From Heterodontus francisci (Eukaryota), in NCBI RefSeq assembly GCF_036365525.1, contig NC_090382.1, positions 94,535,982-94,599,981 on the forward strand: a DNA stretch of 64,000 nt, given 5' to 3'. Position numbers and translations under genes: made by a program. Within the stretch, counting starts at the first letter, position 1. Each line of letters begins with the position of its first letter. Below are positions 49,754-60,691 of the stretch, in pieces. Under the pieces are notes generated by a model, which saw only the letters and a program-made list of their open reading frames with translations, was not told the DNA's origin and ran no database searches.

Positions 49754-50610
49754 GCTCTCTGTAAGAGCAACTCACCTAGTCCCGTTCCACCGCCTTTTTG
49801 CTGTATCCCTGCAAATTGTTTTATCTCTTCAGACAATTATCCAGTTCTCTTCTGAAGGCCTCAGTTGAATCTGCATCCGCCACAATCTGAGTCAGTGCAT
49901 TCCCAATCCCAACTATTCCCTGCATCAAAATGTTTTTCCTCATGTCGCTGTTGCTTCTTTTGCCAATCGCTTTAAATCAGTGACCTCTGGTTCTCAATCC
50001 TTTGGCCAATGGGAACAATTTCTCCCTATCTACTCTGTCCATACCCCTCATGATTTTGAACACTTCTATCAAATCGCCTCTTAATCTTCTCTTCTCCAAG
50101 GAGAACAGACCCATCTTCTCCAACCTATCCACATAATTGAAGTTCCTCATCTTATTTTATTTATTTATTTATAGATGCAGCACTGAAACAGGCCCTTTGG
50201 CCCACCGAGTCTGTGCCGACCATCAACCACCCATTTATACTAATCCTCCATTAATCCCACATTCCTCTACCTATACCAGGGGCAATTTATAATGGCCAAT
50301 ATACCTATCAACCTGTAAGTCTTTGGCTGTGGGAGGAAACTGGAGCATCCGGCGAAAACCCACACGGTCACAGGGAGAACTTGCAAACTCTGCACAGGCA
50401 GTACCCAGAATCGAACCCGGGTTGCTGGAACTGTGAGGCTGCGGTGCTAACCACTGCGCCACTGTGCCACCCACTGTGTCATCCCTGGAATCATCCTTGT
50501 GAAGCTTTGCTGCACCCTCTCGGGTGCCTTAAATCCGTCCGAAAATGTGATGCCCAGAACTAGACACAATACTCCAGTTGAGACCGAACCAGTTGAGTGT
50601 TTTAAACAGG
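49754..50610 (-). mobile_element. CR1 3' fragment with an HE1 insertion
   Basis: ccctatctactctgtcc...cttctccaaggagaac, then atccctggaatcatccttgt after the SINE. Confidence 0.85.
50152..50472 (-). mobile_element. HE1-type V-SINE
   Basis: Same head, V-domain and tail as the other copies. Confidence 0.93.
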
Positions 50611-50862
50611 ATCATTTGCAAACTGTTATATAGCAAAATACACGTAGTAGCAGGAATACATTTTGTGTCAAGTAGTTTAACGACTCCTTCAAAATGAGAG
50701 CTTGAGAGGTGATATTAAAGTACTGTTATACTCGCATCTTTCTACCCTCAATCTCACAAACACCAATTAGATCATGGCCAGAGTATTTTTTAAACCAATG
50801 TCTATTGAGGGATAAAGATTGGCCAAGACACTGGGGAGATCTGATCTTCTATTCTTCAAAAT

Positions 50863-51114
50863 TCTTTCTTTTGGGCCTCCTTATCTCGAGAGACAATGGA
50901 TACGCGCCTGGAGGTGGTCAGTGGTTTGTGAAGCAGCGCCTGGAGTGGCAATAAAGGCCAATTCTGGAGTGACAGGCTCTTCCACAGGTGCTGCAGAGAA
51001 ATTTGTTTGTTGGGGCTGTTGCACAGTTGGCTCTCCCCTTGCGCCTCTGTCTTTTTTCCTGCCAACTACTAAGTCTCTTCGACTCGCCACAATTTAGCCC
51101 TGTCTTTATGGCTA
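50863..51114 (-). mobile_element. RTE LINE 3' fragment
   Basis: Near identical to ~9320-9572; 10-bp TSD tcttcaaaat at 50853-50862 and 51115-51124. Confidence 0.93.
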
Positions 51115-51271
51115 TCTTCAAAATAGTGTCATGGTTTTTTATGTCCACTTGGCAGGTAGACGAAGGCAGACAGGGCCTCAGTTTACCATTTCATCCAAAA
51201 GGTGGTACCTCTGAATTTTCAGCGCTGTCTCGGTATTGTACTAAAGTTTCAGCTTAGATTTTGTACTCAAG

Positions 51272-51625
51272 TTTAGATTTAGATTTTGATATACAGCATT
51301 GAAACAGGCCCTTCGGCCCACCGAGTCTGTGCCGACCATTAACCACCCATTTATACTAATCCTACACTAATCCCATATTCCTACCACATCCTCACCTGTC
51401 CCCATATTCCCCTACCACCTACCTATACTAGGGGCAATTTATAATGGCCAATTTACCTATCAACCTGCAAGTCTTTTTGGCTGTGGGAGGAAACCGGAGC
51501 ACCCGGAGGAAACCCACGCAGACACAGGGAGAACTTGCAAACTCCACACAGGCAGAACCCAGAATCGAACCCGGGTCGTTGGAGCTGTGAGGCTGCGGTG
51601 CTAACCACTGCGCCACTGTGCCGCC
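51272..51625 (-). mobile_element. HE1-type V-SINE, full length
   Basis: Full head GGCGGCACAGTGGCGCAGTGG on the minus strand; (TCTAAA)n tail. Confidence 0.95.
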
Positions 51626-52621
51626 TATTGTGGAACTTGAATCCACATCCTCCGACTCAGAAATGAGAACTGTTTCATAGCCAAGACTGACATATGTACC
51701 TCACTAAGGGTAACATAATAACAGCTTTACTTGTTTGCCATGACATATTTATGCCACATGCTAAGAATGATGAATAAGTGATGTCACTGCAAATCATAAT
51801 GCTTTTACCTTCATTTTCATTTAATATAATGAAATGGAAGTTACAGGAAGAGGGCCTTGCACAGGGATGTACAATGTTTCCCAGTCAAATTATTTTTCTT
51901 TCTCTATGTTGCTAAAAAATAACATACTGATAGGCGATATTTCAATTTTAGTGAGTAACCATCTGAATGGAATTTAGAATTATGCGTAATTCATTTAAAG
52001 GCAGCGCAAGACCCCACATACAATGTAAAGGCTTATTATGATTTATTGATATGAGATAGAGTGTTCTATTGTGCATCTTTTAAAAACATTTAAATAAAAC
52101 ATGCAGAATTCATCAGCAACACCACATAGGAAGCACAGACATGCTAGAAATCCACCACAAAAGCAGCGACACAGATTCTCAAAGGGCACAAACTTACCTT
52201 AAATAGCAGTCAATATATTAAATCCTGACACAGCTGGCCCAGTAAAATCACTGGAGTGCTGGCTCATCTATCTTTCCCAATCCTGCTAATGAGCCCAAGT
52301 TTTTTGTGCACTCGAATCTTCCATTAGTTATCATCTAACTTGTTTTGATTTTGCAACTGGAAGAGTCTCTAAGCTTCACTGGTCTATTAGTTTGGCCTCA
52401 CATTCACACCATAATGACCAAAAAGAGTTGCCAGGACTGAGCAATGTGGCTTTACATATAATTGCTGCTTGATCACTATGATAGAAAAAGAGGATCATTG
52501 TGAATAGCTTCATGTGCTGAGGGTGAGAATGCTGAGAAAAAAATAGATTTAGGGAGAAAAGAATTAGTGACCAGTAGAATCATGGAAAGTAGTAACTCTG
52601 TGCCACACTGCTCAATTACAT

Positions 52622-53189
52622 ATAGAATTACTGAGAATTTGCAGCACAGAAACAGGCCATTCAGCCCAACTGGTCTATAGAGCTTATGTTCCACATGAGT
52701 CTTTTCTCACCCTATATCTTCTAACCTGATCAGTATAAACTTCTATCCCTTTCTCCCTCATGTACTTATCTAGTTTCCCTGTAAATGCATCAATTCTATT
52801 TGCCTCAACTACTCTGTGTGGTAGCAAGTTCCACTTTCTCTGAGTAAATAGGTTTCTCCTGAATTCCTCATTGTATTTATCAGTGACTATCTTATATTTA
52901 TAACCCCTAATTTTTGATACCACCAACAAGTAGAAACATCTTCTCTGTTTCTACCCTATCAAACCCCCTTGTAATTTTAAAGACCTCTATTACCCTTTCA
53001 GACCTTTCAGCCTTCTCTTCTTTTCTACAGAAATGAGTCCCTGCCTATTCAGTCTTTCCTGATAAAGACTGTCAGTTCTGGGATCATCCTTGTAAATCAT
53101 TTTTGCATCTTCTCCAGTGCCTCTATTTCCTTTTTGTAATGTGGAGACCAGAACTGTGCAAAGTACTCCAAATGTGGTCCTACCAATAT
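52622..53189 (-). mobile_element. CR1 3' fragment
   Basis: GPHLEYFAQFWSPHYKKEIEALEK; RNLFTQRKWNLLP. Confidence 0.9.
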
Positions 53190-54619
53190 AATAAATGTGA
53201 AAAGAATGAAATGCCTGAACAATAGAAGCTCAGGGTTGCAATTATTATAAGTCATTTCAAGAGCAAATCTCACTACGAGCACCCCTTTAGAATGGAAAAC
53301 AATTGTTTTGAACATCTTTTTGTTCCCATTTCGGAGGATGGAGCCTGGTTAATTCTCTTTAGTAAAACCTCTGTGTGATGAAGTGAGTTGGGATTACCAT
53401 TGCACTGTGATTTAAATCTAACACAAGCTAATGGGGATGACTTTATGGGTCCTATGTAAATGGACTCTAAAACTGGGTACTAGAAAAGAAGAAACATCTT
53501 TCACTGCAGCTTTGATGAGTACAAAAATTCAGTGGAAATTTAGAGAAAAAGTTATGAAAACTTGAAAGTTACCATTTAATTGTAAAAACCTAACTAGATT
53601 GTTGTTAACTCATTATCACCAATGACTGCTTGAAACTTGGGGCAGCATACTTTCCACTGAGAAGGAAAGCCACTAATGTTACTGAGGTTGGTGAGTGAGG
53701 AGAGGAACCTTCAAAATAAAGTTCTTCCCATCCTTCCCACCTTTGGACTACTGCTCTATTAACATCAGCAGTTCCACAGGAAGCAAAGTCAATTCATGTC
53801 CTATCGTGATCATGAGGTATTTCACACCAGGACACTTCAGTATCAACCATAAACACAGACTGAATTCACAATGGAGCACAGACTGATTGGTTTGCATCTA
53901 GTTTTTACCAATAGTATGGGGATAAAAAACAGAAATATTATGTAGAATAGAACCTATAGAATTAAAGCTATTTACATTTGCAAAATATAAGCATCTCACA
54001 GATATTATTCAAACTCAGTTGTGTAATTTTGCACCAAAATTTTCCTTGCAATTCTCTAGAGGCGACTGTTTGATGTCATCACAAATTCCAGTTGAAAGGA
54101 ATACTTCATGTAAAAATGAATTTCAATGAACTTCTCCCCCAGATTATCTCAGCACTCTGCTCACTTTCTTTGACACAGGACAACTTAAAAATAAACTACA
54201 AACAACTTTGAAAGTACTTAATGCAAAGGAAACACATTTTGAATCAGATCATTGAACCCCCTAATTCCTACCTTTCCACACTTCATGCTGTTCTGACAAT
54301 ATTTTTCCACTATTGTGCTAAAATGGTGAACTCCACCCACACATAGACTCACACCCGGTGAGATTAATAATGAGCCTTCATGAAGAGGGACTTGCAACGA
54401 AGAGTACGAATATAAAGAAACAATGTAGATTGAAGCACTGCAAATTTTCCTATCACTCAACCTTGAATGCAATATTCAAGAAAAACAAACATAATTTTAT
54501 ACAATTAGGATTTTAGAAACAGGCTGAGGCTCCATAGCTGTTTGATGAAAATTATTATAAAGGTATATTTGGAGCCAATAGCATTTTATTCCTCCACAGA
54601 GCTTCTATTGTTCAACAGA

Positions 54620-55090
54620 CATAGAGTCATAGAGTCATTTACAGCACTGAAGGAGGCCATTCGGCCCATCGAGTCCATGCCGGCTCGCCACAGAGCTATG
54701 CTATCGGTCCCACTCCCCCGCTCGATCCCCGTAGCCCTGCAAGCTATTTCTCTCAGGTGGCCATACAACTTCCTCTTGAAGTCATTAATCATCTCCGCTT
54801 CCACCACCCTTGTGGGCAGCGAGTTCCAGGTCATTAACAGCTGCTGCATAAAAAAGCACTTCCTCATATTCCCCCTGCACTTTTTGCCCAAAACTTTCAA
54901 TCTGTGTCCCCTAGTCCTTGTACCATTTGTTAATGGGAACAGTTTTTCTTTGTGTAACTTATCTAAGCCTGTCATAATCTTATACACTTCTATTAAATCT
55001 CCCCTCAATCTCCTTTGCTTCAGGGAGGACAACCCCAGCTTTTCCAACCAAACCTTGTAACTAAAATCCTCCATCCTTGGAACCATTCTA
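54620..55090 (-). mobile_element. CR1 3' fragment
   Basis: RRLRGDLIEVYKIM...TRGHRLK...WNSLP; tail (atgactct)n. Confidence 0.93.
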
Positions 55091-55091
55091 G

Positions 55092-55267
55092 TGTGGTAGA
55101 TACAGATTCAGTTGCAGCTTTCAAAAGATAATGGGATGAATGTTGGAGGAAAAAGTGCTGGGATATGGGGAAAGAGCGGGCAAATGGGACTAATTGGATT
55201 GCTGTTCGAAAGCCAGTGCAGACACAACAGGCTGAATGTGTTGTACTATTCTTTGATTCTATGATTC
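55092..55267 (+). mobile_element. Older CR1 3' end
   Basis: gtggtaga..cagattca...ttcaaaag...gattctatgattc tail. Confidence 0.75.
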
Positions 55268-55309
55268 GGATTAATAATCTGGTAGAATGAGATAAAATAG
55301 GCAAAGTAG

Positions 55310-55368
55310 AAACAACAACAATAACAACTTATATTTACATAGCGCCTTTAATGTAATAAAATGTCCCA
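55310..55368 (-). mobile_element. L2 3' tail fragment
   Basis: aacaacaacaataacaacttatatttacatagcgcctttaatgt. Confidence 0.65.
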
Positions 55369-55529
55369 CCACTGGGATTTTCATTGGAGCAGTTAGATCT
55401 TATTGTGACCTTGCCTGAAACGTATCCAGATTTTTCCCAACCAAATACTGGTCATTGTGATGATGTCGAACAATAAAACCTCGCCAATGGCAGTAGTTTA
55501 AATACTGACTTGGCAAATTGTGGGACAGG

Positions 55530-55621
55530 AATTCACAGAATTGTGCAGTGCAGAAAGAGGCCATTTGGCCCATCATGTCTGCACCAGCTCTCTGAATGCG
55601 CAATTCACCTAGTGCCATTCC
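55530..55621 (-). mobile_element. CR1 3' UTR fragment
   Basis: cagaaagaggccatttggccc. Confidence 0.65.
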
Positions 55622-58088
55622 TCTGCACCTGAACCGGAACAGGACCAACATCCTTGCTGGGAGGTTTGCTAGTGCTGTTGGAGGAGTTTAAACTAATTTG
55701 GCAGGGGGATGGGATACAGAGTGGAGGTACAGCAGGGTGTGAGGCACAGCCAAATAAAGAAGAGAAACTGAGTCAGTCTGGAAGGCAGAGCAAATATAGA
55801 CCTGTTAAGGCACAAAGTGAAAAATGCAAGGCTGTATTGTATTTACTTTAATGCAAGCAGTCTTACTAATAAGGCAGATGAACTGAGGGCATTGATTAGC
55901 ACATGGGATTATGATATTATTGCTATCACAGAAACATGGCTGAGGGAGGGGCAGGACTGGCAACTCAATATTCCAGGGAATAGAATCTTCAAGCGTGATA
56001 GGGGAGGGGATAAAAGAGGAGGGGGCTTTGCACTGTTGATCAAGGAGTCAATTATTGCAGTAAGGAGGGATGATATCTTAGAAGGTTCCTCAAATGAGGC
56101 CATATGGGTAGAACTTAAGAACAAAAGGGGGGCAATCACATGGCTGGGCATGTACAACAGGCCTCCAAACAGTCAGGGAGAGATAGAGGAACAGATATGT
56201 AGGCAAATCTCAGAGAGGTGTAAAAATAATAGGGTAATAATAGTAGGGGATTTCAACTTCCCCAATATCAACTGGGATAGTCTTAGTGCAAAAGGCTTAA
56301 AGGGGGAGGAATTCTTAAAGTGCATATAGGAGAGCTTTTTGAGCCAGTACATAGGAAGTCCTACAAGAGAAGGGGCAGTACTGGACCTAAATCTAGGGAA
56401 TGTAGCTGGACAAGTGGTAGAAGGGTCAGTGGGGGATCATTTCGGCAATAGTGACCATTACTCTGTAATATTTAATGAAAAAGGACAAAGACGGGCCAGA
56501 AATAAAGGTACTGAATTGGGGGAAGGCCGATTTCAATTTGATAAAACAGGATCTGGCCAAAGTGGACTGGGAGCAGCTACTTGTCGGAAAGACTACATCA
56601 GGCCAGTGGGAGTCATTCAAAAAGGAAATAGTGAGGGTTCAGAGCCAACATGTACCCGTTAAGGTGAAGGGTAGGACCATCACGTCCAGGGAACCCTGGA
56701 CATCAAGGGATATAGAGTATTGGATCAGTAAACAAAAGGAGGCCTATGGCAGATTCAGAGCGCTGAAAACAGCGGAGGCATTACAGGAGTATAGAAAGTG
56801 TAGGGGGGTACTTAAAAAAGTAATTAGGAGAGCGAAGAGGGGACATGAAAAAACATTGGCGAGCAAGATAAAGGGAAATCCCATATTAAGGGCAAGAGGA
56901 TAACCAGGGAAAGAATAGGGCCTATTAGGGACCAAAGTGGCAATCTGTGTGTGGAGCCAGAGGGTATAGGTGAGGTTTTAAATGATTACTTTTCATCTGT
57001 TTTCACTGTGGAGAACAACGATGTAGGTGTAGAGATGAGGGAGGGGGAATGCGATATACTTGAACATATTAACACTGAAAGTGAGGAAGTATTAAATGTT
57101 TTAGCGGCTTAAAAGTGGATAAATCCCCAGGCCCAGATGAGATGTATCCCAGGCTGTTATGTGAGGCAAGGGAGGAGATAGCAGGGGCTCTAACACAAAT
57201 TTTCAGATCCTCTCTGGCCACGGGAGAGGTACCAGATGACTGGTGGACAGCGAATGTGGTACCATTATTCAAGAAGGGTAGCAGGGATAGACCAGGTAAT
57301 TACAGGCCGGCGAGTCTAATATCAGTGGTTGGGAAACTATTGGAAAAAATTCTGAGGGACAGGATTAATCTCCACTTGGAAAGGCAGTGAATAATCAGGG
57401 ATAGTCAGCACGACTTTGTCAGGGGGAGATTGTGTCGAACTAACTTGATTGAATTTTTTGAGGAGGTAACTAGATGTGTAGATGAGGGTAAAGCAGTTGA
57501 TGTAGTCTACATGGACTTCAGTAAGGCTTTTGATAAGGTCCCGCATGGGAGATTGGTTAAGAAGGTAAGAGCCCATGGGATCCAGGGAAATTTGGCAAAT
57601 TGGATCCAAAATTGGCTTAGTGGCAGGAAACAGAGGGTAATGGTCGAGGGTTGTTTTTGTGAGTGGACGCCTATGACCAATGGTGTACCACAGGGATCGG
57701 TGCTGGGAGCCTTGCTGTTTGTAGTTTACATTAATGATTTAAACGTGAATATAGCAGGTATGATAAGTAAGTTCACAGATGACACGAAAATTGGTGGTGT
57801 TGTAAGTAGTGAGGAGGAAAGCCTTAGATTACAGGACGATATAGATGGGCTGGTAAGATCGGCAGAGCTCTGGCAAATGCAATTTAATCCTGAGAAGGGT
57901 GAGGTGGTGCATTTTGGGAGGACTAACAAGGCGAGGGAATATACAATGGATGGTACGACTCTAGGAAGTACAGAAGGTCAGAAGGACCTTGGTGTACTTG
58001 TCCATAGATCACTGAAGGCAGCAGCAGAGGTAGATAAGGTGGTTAGGAAGGCATAAGGGATACTTACCTTTATTAGCCAAGGCATAGA
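55622..58088 (+). mobile_element. CR1 LINE: end of ORF1, then ORF2 APE endonuclease and RT; 3'-truncated
   Basis: LHLN...AGRF (ORF1 esterase end); YFNASSL..K.DEL, ITETWL, GDFN, SDH; KSPGPD, NYRP, YMDFSKAFDKVPH, GVPQGSVLG, FTDDTK. Confidence 0.96.
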
Positions 58089-58089
58089 C

Positions 58090-58224
58090 ACCCCCTCTTT
58101 ATTTGCTTAAAACCTATTACATTTCTAACCTTTGCCAGTTTTGATGAAACATTAACTCTGCTTCTCTCTACACAAATGCTGATAGACCTGCTGACTATTT
58201 CCAGCACTTCTTATTTTTATTTTA
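58090..58224 (+). mobile_element. Penelope-like terminal fragment with hammerhead stem II deleted
   Basis: Aligns to 45290-45425 (aaacctattacatttc, ttgccagtt, aactctg, gacctgctga.tatttccagca). Confidence 0.75.
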
Positions 58225-58515
58225 GTCATGTGGCCAGCTGGTTTAACCAGTCCTGGCTCTATGGATTGTATCATCTTAGCAGGGTCTGAAATGCGCTTCC
58301 ATGCCTGATGATCAAAGTTTATTTGGGGTTAATTGGAGCAGGGAATAGTCCTTTGTCTCTCCAAGGACTGTCTGTTAATATGCAAATGTTTTTCCAGCCA
58401 AGTATCTGCTGATTTTTTAACAAGTCCTTTCTTCACTCCAGCAACAGTTTAAAATCAACATTCATATGACAAAATTAATATGCCTCATTCTTGGCAGGTG
58501 CGGGTCTGCATGACA
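58223..58515 (-). mobile_element. Truncated LTR, same family as 29388
   Basis: Minus strand tgtcatg..gaccc.cacctgcca..aatgaggcatattaattttgtcatatgaa matches 29388-29440. Confidence 0.85.
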
Positions 58516-58710
58516 ATGGAAAAAACGTTCAGGACTCCTGACATCCTTGCTACAATTTTTGATGTACTGTCCTGGCAGACAAACCTCCAAGCTTAGAATG
58601 CAAATTCGGAAAAATCTACTTGGAAGATCATCCACTTTTCAGGTGATACTGTTATAATTTGTGAAAAAGAATGGTGCGAGACTTTTAATAAAATCTGGAG
58701 CAGACACAGA

Positions 58711-59415
58711 GGCTGGAATTTTCCTAGCCCTGTGGAGACGGTTCTGGAGACAGAGCGACCTGGAAATTTAGAGCACAGCATGTTGGGGTGGCTCCCTGAT
58801 GTGTTCCCGCCTCTGGGCAAATTACCAGGGATGGGCTGTGAGGGGAATCAGCCGCCCATCCGCGGGAGGTGGGCAAGCAATTAAGCCTCAATTAACAGCC
58901 ATATTCAAAGAAGGAGTCAAGTTTCCTGGTGTCACACCGGTTACTTGCTGTGTCAGGAGCCCAGCAATGCATTGGAGGTGACTTCACAGCGGGAGGTCCG
59001 AGATGTGTAACATTTGAGGCCTCTTAATCATTTGCCAGCAATAATTCTCAATGTTCATTTGTCCTCAAGCAGAATGCATGTAATTGCAGCCAGTTCATGG
59101 AGGCTGTTGTCTCCCCTAATATTGAAGTCACCTCTATTGTATTGCTGCCTCTCCTGTTGCTGGCCCCTCAGCAGCACCCACGCTGCGAAGGGGGCCAGTG
59201 GCCATATCCATGGGCCATGCTGAATGCACCTCCTGACTCTGAAACCCAGCTGCCGTCCCTAAGTGGACGGGGCTTCCGAAGGCGGCATGTTAAGTGGCTG
59301 CCTCCCGTAAGATCATGCCGGGGTGGGTGCGTGTCAGACCTCAGACACCAGCAGGGTCGGGACCTGGAAATGGCCCTGAAACCTGAGATTTTTAGAATTC
59401 CGGAAGATTCTGGCC
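58711..59415. mobile_element. Harbinger-type MITE
   Basis: Ends ggctggaattttcc / ggaagattctggcc. Confidence 0.75.
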
Positions 59416-59449
59416 ACTGAGTCCATTCTCATAAGGTCATGTACACTTC

Positions 59450-59625
59450 AGCAACAACAACTCCTCACACTTATATCGTGCTTTTCACGTAGTAAAACAT
59501 CCCAAGTGCATCACAGCAGTGTTATCAGACAAAATTTGACACTGAGCCGCATAAGATATTAGGATAGATGATCAAACGCTTGTTCAAAGAGGTAGATTCC
59601 AAGGAGCTCTCTTAAAGGAGGAAGA
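59450..59625 (-). mobile_element. L2 3' end fragment
   Basis: caacaacaac...gtagtaaaacatcccaag...tcaaagaggtag...cttaaaggagga, overlapping in sequence with 30975-31020. Confidence 0.75.
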
Positions 59626-59714
59626 AGTTCATTGATGAAGATCCTGATTAGAAAGGGTGAAAGTGGAGAAACTTGTGCCTTTCAAAAGAGGTAAGTCCTT
59701 GTTAATTTGGCACA

Positions 59715-60442
59715 TTGATACTACTCTCACTTCAGAATCAGAAAATTGTGGCTTCCACCTCAATTCAGTTTACAATCCAGAACGACACTTTGACGCAGCA
59801 CTGAAGGTGCATTGTCAAGAAGTGATATTTTTTCTGATTTCTGAATTTCTGATTTTTCATGAAAATCAAAGCTCGATCTGTGTGCTCAGGTGAGCAGAAA
59901 GGTAATTTCGGCGGCACAGTGGCGCAGTGGTTAGCACCGCAGCCTCACAGCTCCAGCGACCCGGGTTCAACTCTGGGTACTGCCTGTGCAGAGTTTGCAA
60001 GTTCTCCCTGTGACCGCATGGGTTTTCGTCGGGTGCTCCGGTTTCCTCCCACAGCCAAAGACTTGCAGGTTGATAGGTAAATTGGCCATTATAAATTGCC
60101 CCTAGTATAGGCAGGTGGTAGGGGAATACAGGGACAGGTGGGGATGTGGTAGGAATATGGGATTAGTGTAGGATTAGTATAAATGGGTGGTTGATGGTCG
60201 GCACAGACTCAGTGGGCCGAAGGGCCTGTTTCAGTGCTGTATCTCTAAATTAAAAAAATTTCTTGAAAAAGAGCAGGGAGTTCTCCTAGTGTCCTGGCCA
60301 ACATTCATCCGACAACCAAAACACATTAACCATCCATTTATTCGGGGCAGTGAATTTATTTCAAGAGTAACCTATTGGCTGTGAAGCATTAGGGAACATT
60401 CCAAGGGTGTGAAAGCCACTACATCAAGACAAGTTCTTTCTT
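59715..60442 (+). mobile_element. Degenerate DeuSINE interrupted by an HE1 SINE
   Basis: Head remnants before 59909; gagcagggagttctcc...ggctgtgaagca...caagttctttc after 60262. Confidence 0.7.
59910..60256 (+). mobile_element. HE1-type V-SINE, full length
   Basis: A box TGGCGCAGTGG, B box GGTTCAACTC, V-domain, CR1-like tail; apparent TSD aatttc at 59904-59909 and 60257-60262. Confidence 0.95.
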
Positions 60443-60691
60443 TTTTTATCCTCTCATTTCATCCCACAGATATCTTGGAGCTGGAGTACACATCCCAGAT
60501 AAAATTAAGATATTTGGCATTGCACCTCCATACCTTCCAGTTTCTTCATGCGGGCAGAATGAGGCAAAAAGACAAATAAGGCTTTAATTTAAAAAAAAGA
60601 GGTGGTTTCCCCGAGCCTTACAATGCTCTGCAATTTTATCTGAAGCCAGAACATGTCCAAAACATTACTCAAGAGCAAACTTCAACTTCAA

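Larger units (their letters stand above)
50765..51692 (-). mobile_element. DeuSINE interrupted by both an RTE fragment and an HE1 SINE
   Basis: Three collinear pieces: ~50765-50862, 51115-51271 and 51626-51692. Confidence 0.8.

Noticed and set aside
52190-52230. Strong minus-strand donor AAG|GTAAGT
   Set aside because: All three frames have stops within ~25 nt upstream; at most a non-coding exon
55817-58056. Functional LINE ORF2 or host endonuclease/RT gene (also 35658-36577 and 60849-63917)
   Set aside because: Multiple stops and frameshifts; none is intact
59910-59980. tRNA-like sequence with A and B boxes (also at the other HE1 and DeuSINE heads)
   Set aside because: It continues into a V-domain and a LINE-derived tail and occurs in multiple diverged copies, so these are SINE heads, not tRNA genes
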